DNA from: Schizochytrium sp. TIO01
Taxonomy: Eukaryota > Protista > Bigyra: Labyrinthulomycetes
NCBI GenBank assembly: GCA_004764695.1
Contig: SMSO01000037.1
Span: 906,747 to 970,746, forward strand
Length of the DNA: 64,000 nucleotides
Reading direction: 5' to 3'
Within the stretch, counting starts at the first letter, position 1; every line of letters starts with the position of its first letter. Position numbers and translations under genes: made by a program. The notes under the pieces were generated by a model. It ran no database searches. It saw only the letters and a program-made list of their open reading frames with translations, and was not told the origin of the DNA. Positions 1-11,241 of the stretch are shown here, piece by piece.

Positions 1-3000
1 TGACAACGAGTGGCCATGGCAGCGCACAGACAGAGTCAGTCAATACTACCTAGCTATATCACATATTGAGGACTTGCGCGATTGCATTTCGCTTAACAGC
101 TCTGGCACGAAGATGTTAAATACTAATGATCATCAAGCTCCGCACAATCATTCATTCATATCGTGGATTGTCATCGTCGTGCATAGATAGATATTCATAT
201 TCCTTCAATCCAGACAGCCTTCAACTCGGTCTTCATGTTGGTCTGTTCGAAACGAAGCTTTCAGGTTGAGAATCCCAAGACTAATGATTTGAAGCTCGAC
301 GATGTCATTGACGGCAGGAAAAGATATAGCGCACACCTCCTCTTAGAAATAACATCGTTAATCATAGGAACCGGTTTACCAAATCATTAACAGTTCAGGG
401 TGCTCGCCAACCTATTAGGTAGGTTACTAAGGTGTGTTAAAAGTAATAAAAGTAATAAAATAATACAAGCATTTTATTTCTACTAACATACTAGTAGATA
501 GCCCATTTCTATTTATTCAATTTCTTTCTTTACAAAAGTGCGTAGGGTCCCTTTTAATTGCTAAATTAAAAACAAAAAACAATGCCATAAAGTGGAGGCA
601 GCAAAACTATTGAAAACACTCATTCTTGTCGCTAAAGACCTTGTTTTCAACGATGCGATCGTTCCATTGTGCGAGGGGAGAGGGTGGAGATCCCCCTGCG
701 GGCCCGCGGCAGCGAGACCTGCTCTGCGATCGAGCCAACGGTCTGGGTGGTGGAGGCTTTATGCCTGGCAGAACCTTGAAGCAGGGGCTGAAAACTTTCA
801 TTTTCACAGCCAGGCCAGGTACAAGAAGCAAATAGAGTTCTGGAAAGGTTCCATAATTGTTCTGCATCGCGTGCCGATGGTTTTCGATCTCAACCTCTGC
901 ACATATACCTACTACAACTTCTGCACTTATTCACACGCTATTCTGTAGCTTCGCCAGATCAAGCGATACTGGACGAGAAAAAGGGACACAGCATCTGCCT
1001 GCGTGATACAAGTCGAAGCAGAGCTGTCAGGCTGGCAATCGATCCCTCCCTCGCACGCTTATTTCAGATAGACTTGAAAATTTTTACTTTTTACATTTTA
1101 TGAATCCTCGTCAAAATAAATTCATGTTTCTGGGGCTTACCAAACATTTCACCGCGGCATAGGTATCTAGTCTGTAGGCAGTGCAACTAGCCTCGAGTGC
1201 GAAGGAGCAAGTTTAATGAGATTGATGCTTTTAGGTGTATCACAGCTGTCATTCTGATCAGAGTATAACTTCAAGTTCTTGTAGACTCTACAAATGACGG
1301 GAGCTGTTGGTTGATTGGTAGAACCTATGCAGGTAGGTACCCTGTATGGTAGGAGCTCAAGCATTTGTTACATTAAGAATGATCCTGTTTAGCCAAGGAT
1401 GGAGCGGACCCGGACTCGATGTGGTTTCTGCCCAATACTTAGCTAGCTAGCTGAACGGGCCGCAGCCTCCTCTAATTCCAGAACATCGAGCAGCTTAACT
1501 TGAAGAAGATCAGCTACACATCTTATATTTTGCGAAACTGACGTGCGTTCGAGACTTTATTTTATTTTATTATTTTGCCATGGCCATGCGTTTATCTTAA
1601 GAGCACGTTCAAAACACTATCTATAGCCTCAAGAGTCTTTAGCAAGTGCTTGAGATACGTGCAAGTTGAACGGATTTAAGTATGTCCCTCTTCGTCAAAC
1701 TTTGAAAAAGTCAATGCAATGTGGTACAACATTACCCATCTACCTACCCCTCCATGCTTGTACCACATTTTTCTTGCCGACCAATGCATACTTCATATTC
1801 GACACGAGCAACACCATAGGCTAACTCACAGCCGCCCTTTAGAACACTGTGCTTGCTCGTCACCGCACTCTCGCGAGACATGCAGGCTCATCAGCTTGCC
1901 AAAACCCATTCTTTGATGCCACTTTCCCGAGCGATTTTATTAGTGCTGAGAGCTCGAAGGGCATGGAGCCCAAGAACTTGAGAAGACTGCTCTTCGCAAC
2001 CTGCGACAAGAACTTTTAGGCAGAGTAGTGCTCCGCTTCGCAGCGCGTGCACAGCACATTCATGGTATGAGACAAGTGCGAGGTGTCTTCCAATATATTA
2101 GATATTAGAAGAAGGTAGTAGGTATCGGGAATTATCCACTGCTATTGTTTATGATAGGTGTATCTCCTAACTGTTCGTAAAGGGAACAAAACTTGCTTAA
2201 AGAGGGGGACCCTGGAGTCGCTATGTTCAGGTTAAAGGAACCTCTGCATAGAGAAGAAACTTCCGGCAAATGTAAAACATGAAGATGATCGCCAAGCTCC
2301 TCCCTGAAGATTGGCATCCCTTCAGCCAGTCAAGCAGTCAGACATCTTTGTGGATATCGAGCCGACGTCGATGAGGGAGAAACGAGGGCCTTAGTCAGGC
2401 GACTGCACATCGTTTCAAGCCAGCAGCGGCAAACTATTGGTTAAGAATTGGTGCCGAGCGATCAGAAGACTTTCATTTTACTTTGCAGTCTATGTTATTC
2501 TCACAACTTGAAGGGCTCGATCTTCGATGTAAAGCATATTGCTGAAAGCCACTCGAAAGCCTTCAAGTTTGGGACACTCACCATGGCGTGCCTAGCTCCA
2601 CGGATGGTGGATGAGTACCTCGAGCGTGTTGGGCGACTCGAGTGAATAATCGTCAACTTGAACCTGAAGACCGATGGTTTTCTCTCTCAAATCTTACAAC
2701 TGACTGAACAACAGAATCAACAGAGAGGATGACGAAGTAAGAAAAAACGCGCGAATGAATACTTTTGTGGGCGGCGCGTTTTTGCAGATACGGGACCCGC
2801 GTACTCTGTTCTTCCTGCCTCCTCCTGCCTCTGCAACCTTATTGGAGATCGGCGTTTCGAGCGAGAAAGAATGTCGTCGCGACACAAATCAGTCAGTCCT
2901 CCCGACCGTTGGGGACGCAACGCAACGCAACCCAACGCAACTCACTCCACTGTGTCAGTTGGAGCGAGCGATCGATAGGTCATGGGCGGAGCTCTGCGTC

Positions 3001-3828
3001 TCATGTGTTTCTTTCCGGAGATGGGAGTGCTATCTTCGAGATTACAAATTTTTATAGAATCATTCATTCATTCTTTCTTTGTTTCTTTCTTGTTTCTTTC
3101 TTTCAGTAAGTCCTTTCTTTGTGTAGGCTCATTTCTTTACCAAATTGAAAGTGCTAAGGGAGCTCCTAATGCCATCCGTAGCAAGTCGAAGCCAAACATT
3201 AAACAAAAAAAAGAAAAAGTTTTTACTAGTTGTGGTTACACTGAAACATTAGAACAAAATTAATAACTTTGGAATGATAGAAATGGCAAAAGAGAGAGCA
3301 TTTGATTCACAATTTTTATACGAGTAGGGTTCTCATAACGATTACTAAGACCTCCTCTGGCGCACGCCACGGACCATAGTGGAGCGAGATAGGTGAAACA
3401 CGAACCAATATACATCTTCGACCAGACTGAAGTCGTGCCAGGACTTCCAAGCTTCTTGGAGTTGTTCACCTCTCCTCGTCGTTCGTCCCTCCAGGTTCTA
3501 GATCTGCAGTCTTGCAGTTCGTTCGTTGCTCGAGGCGAATAGAGACAGAAAGTTGTACCTAAAAAAAATTGATCGTAAACAATTTTTATGCACTACTACA
3601 TAGGATGTATATTTTTATAAACAAAAGTAAACACAAGAATTACACTAGTGTGCTTAGCCGGAGGCTACAGTAAGTGCTAGGACTCGGAATTATAGATGAC
3701 TAGGCCTTATAACAGGAGTGCGGGAAAGAGCAGCACGAGCAGACCGCCAACGCCAGCGAGACGGCACGTGCAGGCCTGCGAAGTTTGTATTTGCAGAGAC
3801 TCGTGGCGACTTTGAGGGCGCAGAGAAA

Positions 3829-6800
3829 ATGTCGATCGTTTCCAAGGTTTTCCATCCCATGTCATGGCGCCGCAGCTCGCGGATGTCTAGGACTGACGAC
3901 GGAGACGAGGGGGAAACGCCGGTTGTCAAGAGGGTGCTGAGCACCTTGCGGCAAGGAGGCAGTATCATCGAGTACGTTTTCAACGTCGGCAAGTCATCTT
4001 CAGGTGGGTCGCTATATTTCATGGTGCGACATAATTTTTAACAACTGCGAAGTGCTTGCTTTGGTTTTTCAGATTGCGTGCTCTGAGAATTTGGGATAGT
4101 AATGAGCTCAGGTTATTGACGACATTTACATGAACTTCTTTTCATTTTCTTGCTTTGCAATGTTGACTACAAACATTCGTGATTGGATCTCACTCTTTCT
4201 GCTGCAATAATATTCGACGTACCCAAACGCTGATCCTTTTCTGGGCTACCCTGCCTTATGTTGAACGTGGAAATTCCTGGCGTATATTGGAAATGTCATA
4301 GGCTTGCCTCGAGTAGTGTAGATGATGAGATTGCGACTGCCTTGAGTCGAGGAATCCCTGATGCGATTTCCCTCATCCACGTTAAGTGAGTTTGCCAGAC
4401 GAGTACTACTCTTTTTCATGTCACATTTACTAGCTTGCTACAACACCAGAGCGAAGGACACTAACATGAAGTTTTGAGATTGGCTCGGTTCGTTACATGT
4501 GGCGTCACACAATTTCACAAATAAGCCTTCGAGGAAATATTATAGGTGATGACGGCATTATCGCACTTGCAGCTGGATTGACCTCGTGCGATACTCTTGA
4601 AACCTTAGAGTAAGTTTCCGTATCCTCTTTTCCTGACCTTCTGTAATGATCCCTACCCGATCCTGACGCCTCAACCTATGTTTTATATGATTCTTTTACC
4701 AAAACAGCTTGTCATTAAACCAGTTTGGTCTTGATGGCTGCACCGCACTTGGTCAATGCATAAGCACTCTGAGCTCCTTGATTTCTCTTGAGTACGTTCG
4801 TAAAGAAGACACCAGTAACAAAATCGTATCGTATAGCAACTCAATCAATTTTGGCAAAACACTAATGTCGTGGTCTCTGTGCACTCCGATGTGAGCGATT
4901 CTGTCAACCTATCTCCTCCAAATATGACGAACCTCAAAAAATTACAGTCTCCATGGAAACGACTTCGGTGACGAAGGTATGGAAGCCATCGCAGTTGGTC
5001 TTCATGGCCATCCTTCCATTCAGATCCTCGAGTAAGTTTGCCCCCCTCTATCTGGCTCTGATGAACAAGTTTATCTGACATAATACCGCACGTGTGACGA
5101 ACACGAAAATAACATTCCCAACGCTAGTCTCTCCTGGGTTCATTTCGGTAACGCTGGCGCTATTGCGCTTGCTGATGCACTTAACGACAACCGCTCACTG
5201 CTTGAGCTGAGGTAAGTTATTCTGTTTGAACTCATTTGATTGGTCCTCATCCTAAAACGCAGATTCCTGACATGAATGTTCCTTTTTCGATCGTGCGTAA
5301 TTGATGCTGTGATAATGGGGACTACTGGGGCCACTTGTGTGCGCGCGCTTATACAGTCTTATGTACAATGAAATTAACCATGAGGGTATAGATGCAATTT
5401 TGGGAGCATTGGCACCAACTGATTGCCAGTTACAAATTCTCGAGTAAGTTGCTGTCATTGTTTTTCGGTGAACTCACAATTCTGGAGCAAAACTAACATT
5501 CTTTCTGCTTATACTGGTTCCTCATTATTGTTTTCTACCTTATTGGCATCAAAAAAATGTCTTTTTGTTATTCATTTGGTTCGCACAATTAGTCTCGAAC
5601 ATAACCCGATTGGCGATGAAGCTGCTGCATTTCAGCACCTCGCCAAGACACAGTCGCTGCGCATTCTTAAGTATGTTGTCTTGAATCTCATCAATCCATT
5701 CAAGTCTTTTCGAATTGGAAGTTTCAAACTTACTAACGTGCATATGCTCTATTTCGAGTATCAAAACATACAGTCTTGCCGACACTCAGATTGGAGATGA
5801 AGCCGTGACAGTTTTGGGGGCCGCCATCGCTGAAGCCCCATCGCTGCAAAGTTTGACGTAAGTGTTGTTTATGAACTATGCTAGATTCCATAACGAATGA
5901 CCTCTTGACTAACCCTGCATTAAAAAAAAATTGTTTTTGCTGATGTCCTAATATCTGGTTTTGTTTTCGTATGTAGTCTTCGAAGCAATAAAATCGGTGA
6001 CGTAGGTGCTAGCTCCATTGCTGAGGGCCTTGGACAGTCTCAATCGTTGCAGATTATTGAGTAAGTTTTCGAGCTCGGTCGCTCATATCAGGACCACGGA
6101 TGTGCTGACAATTGTATTTCATTTCTAATCAACAGTCTGTCTTCGAACAAAATTGGAAATACCGGTGCGGGTGAATTCGGTCATGCTCTCAATGACAACC
6201 AAACTCTGCAGGAGCTGAAGTAAGTTCGCTTTAAAATTCTGAGAACATTGGGTTAGCCCAGCAACTTTATATGAAAGTACTGACGATGTATTCGACATTG
6301 GAATTGGATAGCCTTGCTTCAAACCAAATCTCCGACATCTCTTCCATTGGAGTTGCCCTAGCGCAAAACTCCTGCCTCACCAAGCTGTCGTAAGTTCAAC
6401 GAGGAAGAAAAAGAATATCTTCATGCTGAGATGACACACTGTGCTACAAAAAGACAGCTCCTCTAACACGTACTCTACCTCATGCGACACATCTTAATAT
6501 ATTTTTTGACAGACTTCGGCAAAACAAGATCGGTAATAAGGGAGCTGAAATTCTTGGTACAGCCCTTACGCAAAATGAAACCTTGCTTGAGCTGACGTAA
6601 GTTTTACAAAGCTTGAATAGAGAACATGGTTTTCTGGTTTTCTGTTTTTCCAAGCACAAATAACTGACCTTTTATTCTTTACATGAGTAACAATCACACA
6701 GTCTCGAAGAGGATGCAGGGGATGATGACGGTGGTTTTGGTATTAGTGACGAAGGTGCTAAAGCGTTAGCTCTTGGCTTGCGCCAGAATACATCTCTTCG

Positions 6801-7152
6801 TTTCTTATAGTAAGTTCATCTGCTTTCTAACCACTTTTACAAATGATCTCTAAGCGAGTTGGTGTGTAAAAACAACATGAACAACTAACTTATGTCGCAT
6901 GTCACACAGTCTTGGCTATAACAACATCAGTGACGAAGGCGTTCAAGCATTCGCTGAGACCTTGGAGCAGCGCAACATGCATCTCAAGACTCTAGAGTAA
7001 GTGTCTGAATCTGTTTTTGTTTGTACATGAAACCCGACTTATCTAACATGTTTTACACTCCTTTTACACGATTACTTAGCTTGCGCAACAACCCCATCGA
7101 GGACACCGGTATTCTTGACTTGCTGAAAGATTACCTCGGCCAGCGCAGATAA
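3829..7152 (+). CDS. Multi-exon leucine-rich-repeat protein, ribonuclease-inhibitor/NLRC3-like 28-residue repeats (~469 aa; ~482 aa with optional exon 4073-4111)
   Basis: Manually spliced exons: 3829-3971, (4073-4111 optional), 4302-4385, 4526-4609, 4708-4791, 4948-5031, 5128-5211, 5357-5443, 5593-5670, 5774-5857, 5977-6060, 6136-6219, 6312-6389, 6513-6596, 6702-6809, 6910-6996, 7080-7152 (TAA). All introns are GT..AG with GTAAGT/GTACGT/GTGAGT/GTATGT donors and CTAAC/CTGAC-type branch motifs. Exons translate to repeats such as LRGNIIGDDGIIALAAGLTSCDTLETLD, LRSNKIGDVGASSIAEGLGQSQSLQIID and LRQNKIGNKGAEILGTALTQNETLLELT. The 5' end is the least certain part. Confidence 0.92.
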
Positions 7153-7686
7153 TCTGGCATGTGCCTACGTGCGCCTTACGCCTTTGCTTCTTTTAGCCTT
7201 TCTACGTATGGGAGGGAGGCGAAGCCTGATCATAAATGGCTCTTTGACATACATACCTAAATACATACATACAGTTTATATTCCTTTTATAAAAAAAGTA
7301 GCAACTAATCAGCATAACGTTTTCTCGGTTTTCAAGAAGATTTCAGATATTTATATAGCTCAGGCAGCATCACATCTTCCGCTAACGTACGCTCGTCGTC
7401 CATGTCCTTCGCTTGGTACCAGCCACACGCAGTGCTCAGTGTATGAGTGATGTACGTCAACCTGAGTTTTTATCCAAGTGAGAAGAAAGTATCAAAACCT
7501 ATGTTCCAATAAACACTCCTATAATAGAGTTTGATAAATTACTATCTGACCGATAGTGAAGACTCATTAAGAACTCACGTGTTGTGGCAAATGGATCAAT
7601 ACCTCCATCAACGCTCTTGACATCAGAGATAGAGTTTTCTTTCACGGATCAGAGGCGTGGCTCAGGAACAAGACAAAGCAATACCG

Positions 7687-9051
7687 ATGGCCCCACTCCG
7701 AGTTGCGATCGTGGGCAGTGGCGTAGGAGGGTGCGCGACAGCTCATTTCCTGCGTAAGGATCTGGGCCCGGAGGTAGAAATATCTGTTTTCGAGCAAAAC
7801 GACCGCGTGGGCGGGCGTGTTGACACGGTCGAAGTCGATGGACACGAGTACGAGGCTGGAGGTAGTATCATTCACAGCAGGAATGAGTATATGAAAGAGT
7901 TCACAAAAGAGGTTGGACTTGAAAGTCAGTCGACTCCAGACTCGGAACTTGGGCTCTTCGATGGCAAGGATTTCGTCTTTGAGACCAGTCCATGGCTCCC
8001 AATCACACTTGGCCGCCTCCTCTGGCGGTACGGTCTTGATAATATCCGGCTTTCAAAGTGGGTAAACTATTTACTGGAGTACTTTTCAAGAATCTACAGC
8101 CTCCAGGATCAAGGGAAGGCCTTTGAAACACCTCGTGAATTAGTAGCTGCAATGAACCCTGAATTTGTTAGGCTCTTGGATATTCCATTGGAAAAGGTCT
8201 TGCTGGAGCGCGGTTTCTCTCAAAGATTCATTGATGAATTCGTCATGGCCATCGTAAGGGTTAACTATGGACAGTCACCCCTAGTTCCAGCCTTCGTTGG
8301 ATCTGTTGCTCTTGCTGGTACTGGTGGTGATTTATGGTCTGTGAAAGGAGGTAATCGTCTTGTTCCGGAGAAGCTACTTGCTCAATCTAAACCGTCTCGA
8401 ACACTTTTTGGATATCGTGTGCATACTATTGAGCGTACTGCGGAAGGCGAATACTGGATGGAGGTGGCAAACTTGTTTGGTCGCGAACCCTCGAAGACAT
8501 TCAAGGAAGGACCTTTTGACATGATCTTTCTCGCATGCCCGATGATGTCTAATGCAAGAACCACAAACATTAAGTTTGTGAATCTTGAAACTCCGCAGTA
8601 TAAGCCGTATCATCGTACTGTGGCAACCTTCGTCCCTGGGAAACTTCAAGCACTTAGCAAGACTCAGCCAACTCCCGGAATGGTACTTACAACGTCTGCA
8701 AACCTGTACTTCAATTCTGTTGGTGAGTATGGAACTTCAAAGAAGGAGACAGTTTCCGAACCTGTCCATAAAGTTTTTTCTAAAGAAATCTTAGAACATG
8801 ATAAGCTAGGAGAGCTCTTCCAAGAGTTAAACCAAACAGAGACGAAAGTTCGTGATTGGCTAGCATATCCAGCGTATGAGGAAGCCACATGGTCTGGAAC
8901 GAACCCCTTCTCCCTCGATCCAAAGGGTCACTTGTACCTCGTCAACTGTATTGAAGAGGTTGCAAGCTGTATGGAGATGAGCTGCATCGGGGCTAAAAAT
9001 TGTGTCCTTTTAGCAAAGTCTCGTCTCACGATCCCGCAAGCCAAGCTTTAA
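7687..9051 (+). CDS. PCYOX1: Prenylcysteine oxidase / farnesylcysteine lyase (FAD-dependent)
   Basis: Rossmann motif RVAIVGSGVGG, plus FEQNDRVGGRV, EAGGSIIHSRN, RVNYGQ, LWSVKGGN, WLAYPAY and IEEVASCMEMSCIGAKN, all typical of the prenylcysteine lyase family. The first in-frame ATG is at 7687; the ORF track starts at GTG 7657. Confidence 0.92.
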   Translation: MAPLRVAIVGSGVGGCATAHFLRKDLGPEVEISVFEQNDRVGGRVDTVEVDGHEYEAGGSIIHSRNEYMKEFTKEVGLESQSTPDSELGLFDGKDFVFETSPWLPITLGRLLWRYGLDNIRLSKWVNYLLEYFSRIYSLQDQGKAFETPRELVAAMNPEFVRLLDIPLEKVLLERGFSQRFIDEFVMAIVRVNYGQSPLVPAFVGSVALAGTGGDLWSVKGGNRLVPEKLLAQSKPSRTLFGYRVHTIERTAEGEYWMEVANLFGREPSKTFKEGPFDMIFLACPMMSNARTTNIKFVNLETPQYKPYHRTVATFVPGKLQALSKTQPTPGMVLTTSANLYFNSVGEYGTSKKETVSEPVHKVFSKEILEHDKLGELFQELNQTETKVRDWLAYPAYEEATWSGTNPFSLDPKGHLYLVNCIEEVASCMEMSCIGAKNCVLLAKSRLTIPQAKL

Positions 9052-9162
9052 ACGATCAATTGAGAAGTTATTAGGTTAAAAAATGCATTTTTAATAATTA
9101 AAGCTGTGCTTTCAAAGGATCAAATATAAAGATGCCACGTTGATGTGTAGTTTCATTTAGCT

Positions 9163-11241
9163 TTACGACTGCATGGAGACAGCAAGGCTTTGAGCCAGTT
9201 CTGCAGATGGACGGTTGCAATTCGCAAACATGGGCCACGTGGCAATAGAGAGAAGGCTCTCAGGTATTTCGAGGGCCCTGCACGCTTCAGGAAAGCTTAA
9301 AAATCCAAGAACTTGACGGCGTCGTAAGTCTTCCATAAGGAAAACTTCTACAACTCGGAGTGGCAACAAAAGACTTTGCTCCACATCTTCAGCCTCCTGG
9401 TCTTCCTTTAGCATTCCATCCTGAGCCAACTGGCGAAGGTAACTTGCTACACCTTCTAGTGCACCTCGTTCTGCAAGATCGACTATGGATTTCATGTCAA
9501 AGTCGGATTCTACAACAAGTATGTAGACAAGTTCTACCGCAACCTTGCTGATATCCTCATGTTGATCTCCGAGTAGTTCGAAACATGCACCCAGCACATC
9601 GGAGTCTCGAACGATATCAGGATATTTCCTGGTAGTATTTAAGACAATCTCAATCGCGCTCTGCCTGAAATTCTGTCTAACATGCCGTAAAACAGGAGGA
9701 AGATCGTTCAATAGCTGCTGCTGTAAAGTCGCTGACATATATCGTCCCTCTTGTGTAGAAATAGAAAGAAATGCGAGAGCGGCTTCTATTTCAGCAGTGA
9801 ACTCAAGGTTGGCGAACTTTTGAACTATATTTACCACACTAATTTTACGAGATAGCACAAGAGTTCTCCACTGTTTATCTTCATTGGACATGATGTAGGT
9901 CAGTGCCCAACATGTGTCGGTGAAAATATCAGTATCTGTAGACTGAGCTAGCGATTCGAGGATTCGTAGTACAGGCATGAACTCCTTTGGCCTAAATGGA
10001 TACGGATCAAATCGTAGGAAATTCGCAAGAAACCAGACATTGACTCGAAGATTCGTGCGATTCAGTGAAGACTTCAAAGTGGTCAATAATGCTGGAATAG
10101 GAAAACTATCATATACAAGGTCACGGTGCGCACGACTATCTCCGCAGATATTCGAGATACACCATATCCCTTGTTCGTAGACCCGCTCCGAAGGCTCATG
10201 TATAATAATATGAATGATTGCTGGGACAGCAAGGGCTTCTACGATAGCGTCTGTCATTGCAGTTGTACTAGACGCAACGTTACTTAAACCCCAAAGAATT
10301 TCATAGGTAAGGGCTTCGGGAACTTGATCACGCTCAAGCAACTCTACCATCCGCGAGAGAATTCCTGACTGAACAACAAGTTGGATAGGTGGGTTTTCAG
10401 GCCGGCTAAGGAGCTCCCGAATGCCCCTCGCTCCTTCGATTTGATCCGAGGTAGGATCGTCTTGTAACATAGAGACATACAGCCACAATCGGGTTTCATC
10501 ATCCTGGTCTTCGACCGCATCTTGAGCATTGGATGGGCGGCGTACAGCGTCAAGGGCTGTGAAACTACCTCTGTGGGATGGCCTGAGATCACCTACGGGA
10601 GCTACGTGAGAATCAATACCTGGAAATCTACTTCGAGATCTCGGTTTTCGTGCTGCTTGTTTTAATCTTGCCAGTCGCTTGGATACACGTTTCCCAAGCG
10701 TGGACCTTGCTCGAATGAGGCTTGAACGGATGTCAGGTTCTTCAGCTATTGATTGTGCAGGATCACCTACACCGACGCAATCGCTTGTTGAACCATTTTC
10801 AGGTTCATCGTTAATTGTAGCAGATGTGTCAGTTGGCACGTGACGATCAATGCTTCGTCTTGTGAATCGGCGGTGGCGGCTACTTCTGCGATCAATTTTT
10901 GATGACGCTGGTATACTTTGCTCCTCGTAGCTGTCATCACCATCCAGCCTCGAGCTTTGATCATCGTAGGAACCTCGATTTTGCAATTCTTGCAGCATAC
11001 TTTCGTGGCACGCGCGCCTCCAGTGCTCTCCAGCGTCCGGATCTGAAGACCCCCTTGCTTTGAAAACTTTCCGATGGTCCATAGTGTCACAGGACTCCAG
11101 ACTAGCACCAACTTCAAAGTAAGGTTCAACAATCAATTCACCAGATTCACCAAAGGCCCTGCGGACCCTTCGTGAACTTAATATTGGACGCAACCGATTC
11201 CGCGTGATCCTACCTAAACTTGAACCAGTTCGTTGTGGCAT
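9163..11241 (-). CDS. Divergent importin-alpha-like armadillo-repeat protein (paralogue A) with long Arg/Ser-rich N-terminus
   Basis: 692-aa ORF. IRELLSRPENPPIQLVVQSGILSRMVELL, EILWGLSNVASST, EQGIWCISNICGDS and DTCWALTYI match importin-alpha ARM1-5; the C-terminal ARMs are highly diverged. Confidence 0.85.
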   Translation of the reverse strand: MPQRTGSSLGRITRNRLRPILSSRRVRRAFGESGELIVEPYFEVGASLESCDTMDHRKVFKARGSSDPDAGEHWRRACHESMLQELQNRGSYDDQSSRLDGDDSYEEQSIPASSKIDRRSSRHRRFTRRSIDRHVPTDTSATINDEPENGSTSDCVGVGDPAQSIAEEPDIRSSLIRARSTLGKRVSKRLARLKQAARKPRSRSRFPGIDSHVAPVGDLRPSHRGSFTALDAVRRPSNAQDAVEDQDDETRLWLYVSMLQDDPTSDQIEGARGIRELLSRPENPPIQLVVQSGILSRMVELLERDQVPEALTYEILWGLSNVASSTTAMTDAIVEALAVPAIIHIIIHEPSERVYEQGIWCISNICGDSRAHRDLVYDSFPIPALLTTLKSSLNRTNLRVNVWFLANFLRFDPYPFRPKEFMPVLRILESLAQSTDTDIFTDTCWALTYIMSNEDKQWRTLVLSRKISVVNIVQKFANLEFTAEIEAALAFLSISTQEGRYMSATLQQQLLNDLPPVLRHVRQNFRQSAIEIVLNTTRKYPDIVRDSDVLGACFELLGDQHEDISKVAVELVYILVVESDFDMKSIVDLAERGALEGVASYLRQLAQDGMLKEDQEAEDVEQSLLLPLRVVEVFLMEDLRRRQVLGFLSFPEACRALEIPESLLSIATWPMFANCNRPSAELAQSLAVSMQS

